Below are positions 1 to 9,414 of a DNA stretch of 34,981 nucleotides, piece after piece (the stretch's first letter is position 1; each line of letters starts with the position of its first letter). The stretch comes from Fidelibacterota bacterium. Its GTDB lineage: Bacteria; Fidelibacterota; Marinisomatia; Marinisomatales; UBA1611. The stretch lies in NCBI GenBank assembly GCA_038281125.1, contig JAYNUL010000006.1:1-34981 (forward strand), in the 5' to 3' direction. A model generated the notes under the pieces. The model was given only the letters and a program-made list of their open reading frames with translations, was not told where the DNA came from and did not search any database. Position numbers and translations under genes: made by a program.

Positions 1-983
1 TTTTGGTTGTGATATAATAATATACCATCTCCGCCTGCCCAAAGTTCATTATCATAATGAATCAAAGAATACAATGGTGTTGGTGTCATATTTATCGTCT
101 CTTCAAATGAGAATAAATTCGAAGATGAAGAGCTCAAGTTATACTCTGAAATTCCTTTTGAAGTAGAAAAGTCTTGGCTACCAATGTATAAAACGTCATT
201 CGAATGAAATAATGATTGGACATCAGTATTAGTTATGTGGTCTGGTATGATTGAAAAAGACTCCATAGTTTTTGTTCCGTGAAATATATTTCCATCATCA
301 TCGCCAAAAAAAATATTTCCGTGATTACCAATGTATCCTGTGGTAATACTAGTCCTTCTTCCAAGTCCATCAATTAATTCATTACCATTAAAAATCCAGC
401 CATCGATTATAGTATAGGTACCTAGAATTTCACTTAAAGATTTTTCACCAAAATAGGGACCACTGCTCCATTCAACTTCAAATTCATCTGGATTAGGATA
501 AATACCAATTAGCAAACCAGATGAGTGATCAACTTTCACATAGGATGACCTTGCATGAAGCCATACAAATTTCTCACTAGACCCAATCCTTTGAATACGG
601 TCATATTTTGAAAGTCCTAGATTTTCTAGTTCTATTGAGTACCAATCACCTTCCCGTGAAAAAGAGTATTGTAAATAGTTCGTTGAGGCAGCCCATAAAA
701 GTCCAGTTACCTTATCAAAATGTACTGCACTAACAAAATTATCTTTTAAGCCTTGTGCTGTTGTAATTGGCTCATCAAAATAATTTCCAAATAAGTTAAA
801 TCTTTTTATTCCTCCCATACTTGTTGCGACATAGGAAAATGTGAAACCTTCAGTTATAGAATTTATTTTTCCACTGCCCTTAAAAATGACCCAGTCAAAT
901 GGTCTAAATCTTGGGTCTGGTTGGCTTTTTATCTGAATGATAAATATTAGAAAAAGTAGAAAACTTTTAACCTCTTTAGACAT
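1..983 (-). CDS. Secreted beta-propeller repeat protein (two-component-regulator-propeller-like repeats). Partial: the 3' end lies beyond the window start
   Basis: Not in the ORF track. My manual translation of the minus strand from ATG 983..981 is open to position 1. The N-terminus MSKEVKSFLLFLIFIIQIKSQ looks like a signal peptide. Repeats such as GLKDNFVSAVHFDKVTGLLWAAST resemble Reg_prop-type propeller blades. It starts 11 nt after the stop of the upstream ABC-like gene. Confidence 0.5.
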   Translation of the reverse strand, partial: MSKEVKSFLLFLIFIIQIKSQPDPRFRPFDWVIFKGSGKINSITEGFTFSYVATSMGGIKRFNLFGNYFDEPITTAQGLKDNFVSAVHFDKVTGLLWAASTNYLQYSFSREGDWYSIELENLGLSKYDRIQRIGSSEKFVWLHARSSYVKVDHSSGLLIGIYPNPDEFEVEWSSGPYFGEKSLSEILGTYTIIDGWIFNGNELIDGLGRRTSITTGYIGNHGNIFFGDDDGNIFHGTKTMESFSIIPDHITNTDVQSLFHSNDVLYIGSQDFSTSKGISEYNLSSSSSNLFSFEETINMTPTPLYSLIHYDNELWAGGDGILLYHNQ

Positions 984-994
984 CAAATTATTTA

Positions 995-1750
995 TTACCT
1001 TTTTGGACTTCTTCTCCTATTTCTGGACCAATTTCTATTTCGATTATTTTTATCATTGTTTTGGTTTCTATTGTTTCCTCTAGATAAACCAGGACGAATT
1101 TTCCATATATGTCCATGGTCTAAAAATATAAGTACTGAAGCAAAATGCTTTAAATCTCTGTCAGTCGGAGATGATAATATTATTGTTGTACCAAGTGTAC
1201 GGTTCATGGATGTGATTTTTGACCTGAAATCCTTCTCCATTTTACTATTAAAGTACACTGAATAATCATCAATTAATAGAACACGGGGATCTGCTTCGCA
1301 CGCAAGAATCATACCTAACCAATTCATTTCACCTTTTGAAATACTTTTAAGATTTCTAGACCAAAGATTTTTAAAACTTCCATCTTTAAAGTATCTATTT
1401 TTGATTATGTTTTTCTTTTTCCCAAACTTATCTGCTATGTAGGATGATACTTTAGAATTAGGTGTATTTAAAGATAAACTCTTTGTGTAAAAAATGTCAT
1501 CGGGTGTTTGGATCTTGCCGAGCCAACTTTTTTTATATGTATCATCCTCATACAAAACTGTTCCAGATGACTCTTTTTCAGTACCAGCAAGTATATTTAA
1601 AAGGGTCGATTTTCCACTTCCAACATTGCCAACTATACCATAAATAGTACCTGGATGGATATCCAACTTTTTTAAGTCTAATGCAGTTATTGATCCATAT
1701 TTCTTTTCAAGATTATCAACCTTGAAAATTAGCCTTTTCATTTTTGCCAT
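995..1750 (-). CDS. ABC-type ATPase-like protein with degenerate catalytic motifs and an Asn/Arg-rich C-terminal tail
   Basis: Walker A is GNVGSGKST. The signature-like motif is ISKGE instead of LSGGQ. Walker B is VLLIDDYS, with Asp where the catalytic Glu normally follows. No clear H-loop His. The C-terminal roughly 35 aa are GNNRNQNNDKNNRNRNWSRNRRRSPKR. No permease gene is adjacent in the window. Confidence 0.75.
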   Translation of the reverse strand: MAKMKRLIFKVDNLEKKYGSITALDLKKLDIHPGTIYGIVGNVGSGKSTLLNILAGTEKESSGTVLYEDDTYKKSWLGKIQTPDDIFYTKSLSLNTPNSKVSSYIADKFGKKKNIIKNRYFKDGSFKNLWSRNLKSISKGEMNWLGMILACEADPRVLLIDDYSVYFNSKMEKDFRSKITSMNRTLGTTIILSSPTDRDLKHFASVLIFLDHGHIWKIRPGLSRGNNRNQNNDKNNRNRNWSRNRRRSPKR

Positions 1751-1816
1751 TTTCTAAGTTCCTTTTGGAAGCTTTAATTCCATATGATAAAGGAAAATAA
1801 AAAGCGAAATATTATT

Positions 1817-2740
1817 CTATTGTTGCTCCAACCATCTTTCTGCGTCTATAGCAGCCATGCAGCCTGATCCAGCTGCTGTTACAGCTTGCCTGTATACATG
1901 ATCCTGTACATCTCCACATGCAAAAACTCCATCAAGATTTGTATGTGTTGAGTCCGGATTTGTAATAATATATCCTGATTCATCAAGATCAATCATGCCT
2001 TTGAAAAGTGATGTATTTGGAACATGTCCTATAGCCATAAAAATACCATCACATGCTTCATTTGACATCTCATTCGTTAGTGTATCCTTGAGCATGACTG
2101 ATTGGACACCCGTGTCTTTTGTGCCAATAATTTCATCAATGGTTTGATTATACCTGAATGATATTTTAGGGTTTGAGACTGCCCTCTCTACCATTATTTT
2201 TGATGCACGAAATTCTTTTCTACGATGTATAATAACAACCTCAGAGGCAAACTTTGTCAAAAAAGTAGCCTCTTCCATAGCTGAATCTCCACCACCAACG
2301 ACCAAGACTTTTTTATCTTTGAAAAAGAATCCATCGCAGGTTGCACATGCTGATACACCATGTCCCATTAGTCTGGTTTCAGACTCTAGACCTAGTAAGC
2401 GTGCAGATGCACCAGTAGATATAATTATTGCTTCTGCAGAATATTCTTCATTATTCGCATTAACAACAAAGGGACTCTTTGAAAAATCAACGCTGTCAAC
2501 TGTTTGAAACACACATTCAGCTCCAAAACGTTTTGCTTGTTTTCTGAACTCGTCCATCATCTCTGGACCCATGATGCCGTCTGGAAACCCTGGGTAGTTT
2601 TCAACATCAGTTGTAATTGTAAGCTGACCTCCTGGTTGGGCTCCTTCAAAAACAAGTGGCTCAAGATTTGCTCTTGCTGCATAAATAGCAGCGGTCAAGC
2701 CTGCAGGTCCAGACCCAATGATGATAATTTTTCGCTTCAT
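1817..2740 (-). CDS. trxB: Thioredoxin-disulfide reductase
   Basis: 307 aa. FAD motif [16 protein letters not shown], redox-active CATCDG, NADPH motif [12 protein letters not shown], and the typical low-Mr TrxR C-terminus GDVQD...[14 protein letters not shown]. Confidence 0.95.
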   Translation of the reverse strand: MKRKIIIIGSGPAGLTAAIYAARANLEPLVFEGAQPGGQLTITTDVENYPGFPDGIMGPEMMDEFRKQAKRFGAECVFQTVDSVDFSKSPFVVNANNEEYSAEAIIISTGASARLLGLESETRLMGHGVSACATCDGFFFKDKKVLVVGGGDSAMEEATFLTKFASEVVIIHRRKEFRASKIMVERAVSNPKISFRYNQTIDEIIGTKDTGVQSVMLKDTLTNEMSNEACDGIFMAIGHVPNTSLFKGMIDLDESGYIITNPDSTHTNLDGVFACGDVQDHVYRQAVTAAGSGCMAAIDAERWLEQQ

Positions 2741-2755
2741 TTCCTTTTTATTTAT

Positions 2756-3082
2756 TTAAATAACTTCGTTTAAAACCTCGGTGATATTCCCTTTAGGAAC
2801 GGCACCTACAATCTGATTTACTACCTCCCCATTTTTCATAACAAGGAGTGTGGGAATACTCCTTACACCATATTTCATGGCAGTGTTTTGGTTTTGATCG
2901 ACATCAACTTTCCCAACCTTAACCTTTCCATCATATTCTCCAGCTATTTCTTCAATCACAGGTGCAATCGCCTTGCAAGGGCCACACCAAACAGCCCAGA
3001 AATCAATTAAAACTGGTAGGTCGGATTGTGCAACGTCAGACTCAAAATTTTCGTCTGTGAATTCATGTACATTAGTAGACAT
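2756..3082 (-). CDS. trxA: Thioredoxin
   Basis: 108 aa with the canonical WCGPCK active site. It lies 15 nt upstream of trxB on the same strand. Confidence 0.95.
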   Translation of the reverse strand: MSTNVHEFTDENFESDVAQSDLPVLIDFWAVWCGPCKAIAPVIEEIAGEYDGKVKVGKVDVDQNQNTAMKYGVRSIPTLLVMKNGEVVNQIVGAVPKGNITEVLNEVI

Positions 3083-3219
3083 TGTATCTAATTCTCCCGA
3101 ATGTTAATAAATTATAGAATCTAAATTAGTTTATCTATAAACACGGTTGGTATATAAAAATATTATTATTTCTTAAGACCTAACGCTGATTTTAATATAA
3201 CCTCACCAACAAATGTTCA

Positions 3220-5352
3220 TTATTGGAGTGTTGTCCTTATATCAATTGAATATTTTTTCTCATCAGTTATGATATTATCGATAAGGACTGTATCATTCCC
3301 CAAGTTTTCTCCAGTTAAACTCAGTACAATATTTATCATTTTGTATTGAATTGATTTCGATATTTGAAGGCAATAGTTGACATTATTTTGAAACTCCTGA
3401 TCTATTAACATGTTTGAACTATTAATATACGTTAAGCTTCTCTTTCCGTTGATAATTGCAGCTAAATTGAAATCAAAGTATTTGTTATGAATGAAAAGTT
3501 GATTTTTAAAAATTTTATCAGGCATCATTTGCAACTTTGAAAAATTGCTAGAGTTAAAATAAATAACAGTTGATGAAAACCTAAAACGTTCGACATATGG
3601 TTGCAGCTCAAAATGAATACCAGTTCCTGACTTATTTACCTTTCCAGTATTTTGCGGGATATTCATAGCATTTCCGATAAGTGGGATTTGTTTTATTTTA
3701 TCTTGGTAGGTCTCATTAAATAGGTTAGCTCTTAATAGATATTTCCATTTGTATCTTTCATAATTGACACTTTTTTGATAAACAAGTTCGATTGATGATT
3801 TTTCTTCTGGCAAAAGCCTTTTATCATCAAAAAGTATCAATGAATAAAGCTTGCTCTTTATAACATCCTGCAAATAAGGAGTTCTATTTGATTTTCCAAA
3901 TGATAAATAGACAAAACTATTTTTGTTCTCTTTTTGACTTTCTAATTTTGTACTTATTTGAAGGCTATGATCGTCCCAATAATTTGAAACAATATCAATA
4001 TCTGAGTTGGGGTCTTTTACATCGGTGGTTCTTTCCTTACTAAAAACTGCTTTAACATTTTTAAAAGATATTTTAGTATCATTATTGGGATTGGGAAAAA
4101 ATGATTGAAGTGACCAGGTCAAGATTGAATTTTGTCTATCAATTAAAAGTATATTTGAATCTTGGTTCCATTTAGATTCAATAATTTTTGAATTTGTAGC
4201 GAATGTTAACATATGGTTGTTGAAATCTTTTTCAACCGTAAATCCTAATGATCTACAAATATCATCGATTTTGAGCGCGTCTAATTGATTATTATTATAA
4301 CCCAATCTATCTTGATATAATCCGTTAATTCTGATTCGACCTGTTAATGGACTCCATTGGTCGACTTTAGCAAGAACAGTATTCCTACGGTACTCTAATG
4401 AATCTTGGCTATAGAAATCATATTGATTTTCAAGGTTTTGAAAGCCTGATACACTTACTTCAAGATTTTTTCGATTAGTAAATCCAACACTTGAAAAGTA
4501 TTTTCTTCCGAATGTACTAATTAATGAACTTGCGGAATCTGCATAATGAACAACATGATCCCTTTCTTTAATTCCTCCATTAACCATTACTTTTTTAAGG
4601 CTGATGGCTCCAAATCCATCCAATCCTGAATTATTATCTTTATTACCGTATCCATTTATGGATAATTTGTTTTCATAACTCATTATTGGCAGGTAGTGAA
4701 TTGATTCTGATGATGCCGAAAACTTGCTATGCCCTCCTTTAGAAATGATTACCTCAGAAAGGCCTGTGGCAGATATTGGAACAAGAGTATTAAGTGGGCC
4801 TTCAATGTTATTTATTTTCACACCCCCAAACAACACATCCATCTCATTGCTTGGTAATCCATCAATCATGAACATTTTTTTTCCATTCATCTTCTTTTCA
4901 ACCATGATTGATTTATCCCATTGAATCACAGATTCTATTCGATTTAAACCTCGCTGGAGCATGTCATTCATATCATAAGATGTTATATTGTCTCCATCCC
5001 TCGATATTACAAACCCAATTGATGTATTTATGGAATCGAGGTAATTCACTTCAATTATTTTTACCAATTCAATTACAGTATTGTTTTTATAAGGAATCAC
5101 ATTTATCTCTTTTGGATGGAAGCCATTTAGGTCGAAACTTAATCTTTTGTCTTTAATAGGAATTTCAAAAAAAAACATTCCATTTTCATCAGTTTTTGTG
5201 GTGGTTTTTGAGGGTAATGATTCTATGTGAACATTTGATAAATAAGTATCAGAGTCGCTTTTAACCCTACCACTAATTGGTTTGGATTTTCCTAATAATT
5301 GAGATGATATAAAAAGTAAAACCAGAATAGTATTCATTGAAAATTTCAGCAT
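3220..5352 (-). CDS. TonB-dependent-receptor-like outer membrane protein (CarboxypepD_reg-like N-domain, plug, beta-barrel)
   Basis: 710 aa with an N-terminal signal peptide. ISGRVKSD...NVHIE...TDENGMFFFEI is typical of the carboxypeptidase-regulatory-like domain. A plug-like segment follows (LNRIESV...IDGLP...GPLNTLVPISATGLSEVIISKGG), then a long alternating beta-strand-like sequence. The C-terminus lacks the usual terminal aromatic residue. Confidence 0.6.
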   Translation of the reverse strand: MLKFSMNTILVLLFISSQLLGKSKPISGRVKSDSDTYLSNVHIESLPSKTTTKTDENGMFFFEIPIKDKRLSFDLNGFHPKEINVIPYKNNTVIELVKIIEVNYLDSINTSIGFVISRDGDNITSYDMNDMLQRGLNRIESVIQWDKSIMVEKKMNGKKMFMIDGLPSNEMDVLFGGVKINNIEGPLNTLVPISATGLSEVIISKGGHSKFSASSESIHYLPIMSYENKLSINGYGNKDNNSGLDGFGAISLKKVMVNGGIKERDHVVHYADSASSLISTFGRKYFSSVGFTNRKNLEVSVSGFQNLENQYDFYSQDSLEYRRNTVLAKVDQWSPLTGRIRINGLYQDRLGYNNNQLDALKIDDICRSLGFTVEKDFNNHMLTFATNSKIIESKWNQDSNILLIDRQNSILTWSLQSFFPNPNNDTKISFKNVKAVFSKERTTDVKDPNSDIDIVSNYWDDHSLQISTKLESQKENKNSFVYLSFGKSNRTPYLQDVIKSKLYSLILFDDKRLLPEEKSSIELVYQKSVNYERYKWKYLLRANLFNETYQDKIKQIPLIGNAMNIPQNTGKVNKSGTGIHFELQPYVERFRFSSTVIYFNSSNFSKLQMMPDKIFKNQLFIHNKYFDFNLAAIINGKRSLTYINSSNMLIDQEFQNNVNYCLQISKSIQYKMINIVLSLTGENLGNDTVLIDNIITDEKKYSIDIRTTLQ

Positions 5353-5447
5353 TACAGTTTTTTCAGTCCTTTAAAAGACTAGATAGAGGTATGTTTTCCT
5401 TTTTTTCATGAATTAGACAATTACTCTTTCATGATTTTTGAAAAGGT

Positions 5448-5612
5448 TTAATTTTTATCCTTGAAATAAAACCACCCCATCATACAAAGTGCATATATTA
5501 GAGCATAAAGGATTGCATTTTGAAAAGTCAGGTTATCATCAAAGTAGCGCCATAAAAGTAGAGAAATTACCAGAACCTCTACAATTATAAATTGCCTTTG
5601 TATTTTGTTCAC
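5448..5612 (-). CDS. Hypothetical small membrane protein (54 aa, GTG start overlapping the serC stop)
   Basis: Manual translation gives VNKIQRQFIIVEVLVISLLLWRYFDDNLTFQNAILYALIYALCMMGWFYFKDKN. It has two hydrophobic segments, and the GTGA overlap with the serC TGA suggests coupling. There is no homology evidence and the start is non-ATG. Confidence 0.2.
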   Translation of the reverse strand: MNKIQRQFIIVEVLVISLLLWRYFDDNLTFQNAILYALIYALCMMGWFYFKDKN

Positions 5613-6694
5613 AATGATTTTGAGTTTTCAAATTCTTGCATCGCAGATACTAGAGCATCCACACCCTCTTCAGGCATAGCATTGTATAGTGATGCCCTAA
5701 ATCCTCCCACAGAGCGATGTCCTTTTAAAGTTTTTAGACCTTGCTGATTGCAAAATAATAAAAATTGGTTATCCTCCATGCTTGGATCTGTATGAACAAA
5801 AGGAATATTCATCATGGAACGATCCTCTTTATTTACTAATGAGGTAAATATGCTATTCCTCTTGATCTCTGCATATAGCTTCTCTGCTTTATTAATATTT
5901 CTCTTCTCCACCTCTAGAACACCACCCAAATCTTCTATCCATTTTAAGGTTTCATTTACCACAAAAACTGATAACACAGGAGGAGTATTAAACATAGAGT
6001 TCTTCGCAACATGAGTTTCATAGTTTAGCATAGTTGGAATTTGTCGATATTCATTGCCTATCAGATCATCTCTTATGATAACCAATGTAACTCCAGCTGG
6101 CCCAATATTTTTCTGAGCACCTGCATATATGACCCCAAATTGACTGACATCAATACATCTAGATAATATGTCCGAGGACATATCGGCGACTAGGATTTCA
6201 CCATCAGATTTGACCTCAGGAAATACATTGTATTGAGTTCCATAAATGGTATTATTACTAGTTATATGAAGATATGACGAATCATGATTTTGATCGTATT
6301 CTTTTGGTATAAACGTATAATTTGAATTCCTGGAGCTTGCTATTATTTTCCCAGTTCCAAATTTATTACATTCTGCTGCCGCCTTGAATGACCATGAGCC
6401 TGTATCTATATAATCTGCGCTACCATTTTCAGATAGAAGATTGAAGGGAACCATAGAAAATTGAAGCGATGCACCTCCCTGTAACCATAATACATGGTAG
6501 TTTGATGGTACATCTAGTAAATTTCTAACTCTGTAAGAAGCTGTTTCAAATAAATCAACAATAGGCTTTGACCGATGACTCATTTCCATGATACTCATTC
6601 CGGATCCTGAATAGTCTATAGCAGCATCTCCTAATGCCTGCAAAACCGTCTTAGGTAGACATGCTGGTCCTGCACTAAAATTATATATTTTCAT
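5609..6694 (-). CDS. serC: Phosphoserine aminotransferase
   Basis: 361 aa. N-terminus YNFSAGPACLP, internal GAQKNIGPAGVTLVIIR (PLP-lysine region) and C-terminal GGFRASLYNAMP are all hallmark SerC motifs. Confidence 0.93.
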   Translation of the reverse strand: MKIYNFSAGPACLPKTVLQALGDAAIDYSGSGMSIMEMSHRSKPIVDLFETASYRVRNLLDVPSNYHVLWLQGGASLQFSMVPFNLLSENGSADYIDTGSWSFKAAAECNKFGTGKIIASSRNSNYTFIPKEYDQNHDSSYLHITSNNTIYGTQYNVFPEVKSDGEILVADMSSDILSRCIDVSQFGVIYAGAQKNIGPAGVTLVIIRDDLIGNEYRQIPTMLNYETHVAKNSMFNTPPVLSVFVVNETLKWIEDLGGVLEVEKRNINKAEKLYAEIKRNSIFTSLVNKEDRSMMNIPFVHTDPSMEDNQFLLFCNQQGLKTLKGHRSVGGFRASLYNAMPEEGVDALVSAMQEFENSKSL

Positions 6695-6752
6695 AATTGA
6701 TTCTATATTGTAAAAATAACATTATTATAAATTACTGTTTAAGGGGCATCAT

Positions 6753-6796
6753 ATAAATAAAAACCCCGTCAGCTTACAGGATTTTTTCTGACGGGG
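6753..6796 (-). terminator. Rho-independent terminator after the ECF-sigma operon
   Basis: On the minus strand a 9-bp perfect stem, CCCCGTCAG (6796..6788) with CTGACGGGG (6772..6764), encloses a 15-nt loop. It is followed directly by TTTTTATTT. The element sits 26 nt after the stop at 6822. Confidence 0.6.
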
Positions 6797-6821
6797 TCTA
6801 ACTAAGCTAACATATTGAAAC

Positions 6822-7826
6822 TTATGGTCTCTCTACTCTATATGGAATTGACCATATGCTGGTATTATATCCTCCATCTGAAACAAACATAGTGGCAAGG
6901 TCAATTGATTCTGTAAAACTCCGGAATACTCTATGCGATTGCCCTAACCCCGGTCCATGTATTCTTATTGCACCCGAATGAATATTGTCGTTCATTGATT
7001 CATCAATAAATACACCAGAATCTCGTAAGTGCACTCTGCCCCTTTGTTGACGGTTTTTTCCATAATTAAAAAATACCCACTCGCCCACTCCGGTAGAATC
7101 ATTTGTGTATTCAGGGCCAGTATTTTCAACAGTCGCATGCGCAACAACCCTCGTAAATGCAGTAAAACTAGGCAAAGATTCACGGTCAATGAATAAGTCT
7201 CCCAATTCATTTGCAGTAAAGGAATAGAGTAATTCACCTGCTTGAAGACTGTCACCCAACGTGTATAGAGATAGTCCGTTAATAGAAACCTTATCTCCCG
7301 CACCTCCAATCATAGGCGTTAGAGCATCAATCTTCCAACGATATCCATCTGGATTAGAATCGTCTTCAACTTTTATAAAACGAATTTTACGAGTTAGTAA
7401 CGTTGAAAAATCTTTAGTAAAACTAAGAGAGTCCACCTGTACTTGACTTGTATCAATCACATTAGCGATAAATGTACCACTTATTTGATGACTTACCAGG
7501 CCAATTGCTGTATCCTCACCAGTCTCAAACTCAACACTTGTTTGACGGTCTAAGATATTTCTTCCAAATCTAACCCGATATCCTTGCCCGTGAGTTAGTG
7601 TATCGCTAAGGATGCGTCCTGAACCATCAGTCTCAAGCCCTACCTCATAGTCAAGATCCATAGCCCCATCAGAATCAAATCCATCTATACCAAAAACTTC
7701 ATCACTATCAATTAAATCTAATAGTAAAGTCTCAATTGCATTTTCCTCATTTGTTGAGGAGCTATCCACGCAACCAGGAATGATGATCAGTACCAATAAA
7801 ATGGCTAAAACAATTATGTTTTTCAT
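6822..7826 (-). CDS. Hypothetical lipoprotein (last gene of the ECF-sigma operon)
   Basis: I chose the internal start MKNIIVLAILLVLIIIPGCVDSS (lipobox IPGC). It is preceded by AAGGAGAT at a proper spacing. The longer track ORF (to 7868) would overlap the upstream gene. I recognised no domain. Confidence 0.6.
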   Translation of the reverse strand: MKNIIVLAILLVLIIIPGCVDSSSTNEENAIETLLLDLIDSDEVFGIDGFDSDGAMDLDYEVGLETDGSGRILSDTLTHGQGYRVRFGRNILDRQTSVEFETGEDTAIGLVSHQISGTFIANVIDTSQVQVDSLSFTKDFSTLLTRKIRFIKVEDDSNPDGYRWKIDALTPMIGGAGDKVSINGLSLYTLGDSLQAGELLYSFTANELGDLFIDRESLPSFTAFTRVVAHATVENTGPEYTNDSTGVGEWVFFNYGKNRQQRGRVHLRDSGVFIDESMNDNIHSGAIRIHGPGLGQSHRVFRSFTESIDLATMFVSDGGYNTSIWSIPYRVERP

Positions 7827-7842
7827 AATCTTTATCTCCTTA

Positions 7843-8379
7843 TTAAAATCCGCGGCGTTTTCGACCACCCCGTTTCATTTTCTTACGGCTTTTCTTTCGA
7901 TCTTTATCCATTCGATCTCTAAAATTTCCCTGCATTTCGTTCATCAACCTTTGTTTGAACACGCTCAATTTAACCATTTGGTTTGGATTGAGTATGTCCC
8001 CCATTCCTAGAATGAATTTATGCTCTAAGTCTACACGATCTTTTCGTAATTCTGCTACCTTTTTTATCGTTCTTTCCATCTCCGACTTTGAGATTTTTTC
8101 TTCATCTCGAATTTTAACGCGTACATCCATTAAAATTTTTCTCTCATCTTTGTTAAACTCATCAAGTATGGCTCGATGTTCACGGAATCTAGGGAAAAAC
8201 TTTTCTGCCTGCTCAGATGAAAGATCTAGGTCTTCGGTTAGCCTCCATATCACCATGCTCTCTATTCTTTCTGACCTTGCTTCTCCATCGTTTGACCACT
8301 CATCCTGGTCAAAATCTCCTCTAGTATCCTTTTGTGCAATTGTAAACGATAGTATGCACGCCAAAAATAGCTTATTCAT
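7843..8379 (-). CDS. Periplasmic Spy/CpxP-like (LTXXQ motif) protein
   Basis: 178 aa with signal peptide MNKLFLACILSFTIAQ. It has two LTXXQ-like motifs (LSSEQ, LNPNQ) in a helical, charged sequence, and a basic tail KKSRKKMKRGGRKRRGF. It starts 2 nt after the anti-sigma stop. Confidence 0.55.
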   Translation of the reverse strand: MNKLFLACILSFTIAQKDTRGDFDQDEWSNDGEARSERIESMVIWRLTEDLDLSSEQAEKFFPRFREHRAILDEFNKDERKILMDVRVKIRDEEKISKSEMERTIKKVAELRKDRVDLEHKFILGMGDILNPNQMVKLSVFKQRLMNEMQGNFRDRMDKDRKKSRKKMKRGGRKRRGF

Positions 8380-8381
8380 AG

Positions 8382-8765
8382 TTAAATCTCCTTTTTTTGT
8401 TCAAATTCAGTTATCAGATCGTAAGTCTCCCAAACATAGCCCTCTTCAAGAAGTAAAAATGCCATATCACTGAAATAAGAATCATAATTATTTAAAGAAT
8501 CTCCATTAATATTCCAGAAGTCTGTCTCCAATATATTTTCCACATCATCAGCCGCAAACATAGTCTCTAAATTGTTTGGAGTACCATTTTGAGTAATAGT
8601 CAATGTGAAGATGACAATGAACATCATCACTGAGACCATTAATGTCCTGCGATTGTCCTTAGAATGTTGCAGTCTCATCTCAAGTTTGTAAAGGAATTCA
8701 TCCTCATTTACAACTTGATTTTCTTTAATACGAGCATCCTTTATTTGTTTTTCAAAGTCAATCAT
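8382..8765 (-). CDS. Putative anti-sigma factor (single-pass membrane protein)
   Basis: 127 aa with one TM segment, LMVSVMMFIVIFTLTIT. Its ATG overlaps the sigma-factor TGA (ATGATTGA, an 8-nt overlap). The position is typical of a cognate anti-sigma. No recognisable zinc-binding anti-sigma (ZAS) motif. Confidence 0.5.
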   Translation of the reverse strand: MIDFEKQIKDARIKENQVVNEDEFLYKLEMRLQHSKDNRRTLMVSVMMFIVIFTLTITQNGTPNNLETMFAADDVENILETDFWNINGDSLNNYDSYFSDMAFLLLEEGYVWETYDLITEFEQKKEI

Positions 8766-9282
8766 GATTAAGCCTTTGCTTTAAGGTCTTTAGCGCGTGG
8801 TGAAAGTTTACCTTAGCAGACCCCTCAGCCATTCCTGTTATCTTAGAAATCTCTTTATAGGAAAGCTCTTCTGCAATACGCATTATAACCACGCTGCGTT
8901 GTTTTTTTGGTAGCTTACTAATTTCACTCCAAAGTTCTTTTCGATTCCATTCATCTTCCACATTCGTATCTCTATATCCCTTATCAGCAGCCTTTTCAAG
9001 AGACAGAAAACTCTTCCACTTGTTTCTGGTAAACCAGCTATTTGCTGTATTAAGATTGATACGATAGAGATAGGTAGAGAAAGAAGATTTAAAACGAAAT
9101 TTTTTAAGGTGCCTGAATAGTTTGAAGAAAACATCCTGAGCGAGATCCTCTGAAACCATTCTGTCTTGTGTAATAGTATAAAAGAAACCAATCGTATTTG
9201 ATAGATGTCTTCTAACAATCTTATCAAACGCTGAGCGGTCGCCGTTCTGATATTCTTTAATGAGTTCTTGGTCATTTTGCAT
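8758..9282 (-). CDS. ECF-type RNA polymerase sigma-70 family factor
   Basis: 174 aa. Region 2 is SEDLAQDVFFKLFRHLKKF...FSTYLYRI. Region 4 helix-turn-helix is QRSVVIMRIAEELSYKEISKITGMAEGSAKVNFHHALKTLK. Confidence 0.9.
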   Translation of the reverse strand: MQNDQELIKEYQNGDRSAFDKIVRRHLSNTIGFFYTITQDRMVSEDLAQDVFFKLFRHLKKFRFKSSFSTYLYRINLNTANSWFTRNKWKSFLSLEKAADKGYRDTNVEDEWNRKELWSEISKLPKKQRSVVIMRIAEELSYKEISKITGMAEGSAKVNFHHALKTLKQRLNHD

Positions 9283-9414
9283 GTCATTTCAAACCATTAG
9301 ACACTTGTTAGTGGTAGAGGTTAAAAAAAAAAATTCATCAAGGCCATTCACAATTTATTGAAATGAGAATAATGCTTATCTTTTATCAATTCAAAAATAA
9401 GATTCATCACCCTT

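Noticed and set aside
6992-7309. 105-aa minus-strand ORF inside the lipoprotein gene
   Set aside because: It is an alternative frame fully nested in the longer ORF that carries the signal/lipobox and RBS. It has no supporting features.
7827-7868. N-terminal extension of the lipoprotein ORF (MVENAADFNKEIKI...)
   Set aside because: It would overlap the upstream gene end. It would also put 14 residues in front of a textbook signal peptide and lipobox that has its own AAGGAGAT ribosome-binding site.
7955-8473. 172-aa plus-strand ORF
   Set aside because: It is antisense to the Spy-like and anti-sigma genes. It is Ser/Leu/Phe-rich, typical of a shadow frame of an AT-rich gene, and has no motifs.
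8883-9287. 134-aa minus-strand ORF overlapping the ECF sigma gene in another frame
   Set aside because: The sigma-factor frame has clear region 2 and region 4 motifs. The alternative frame has none.
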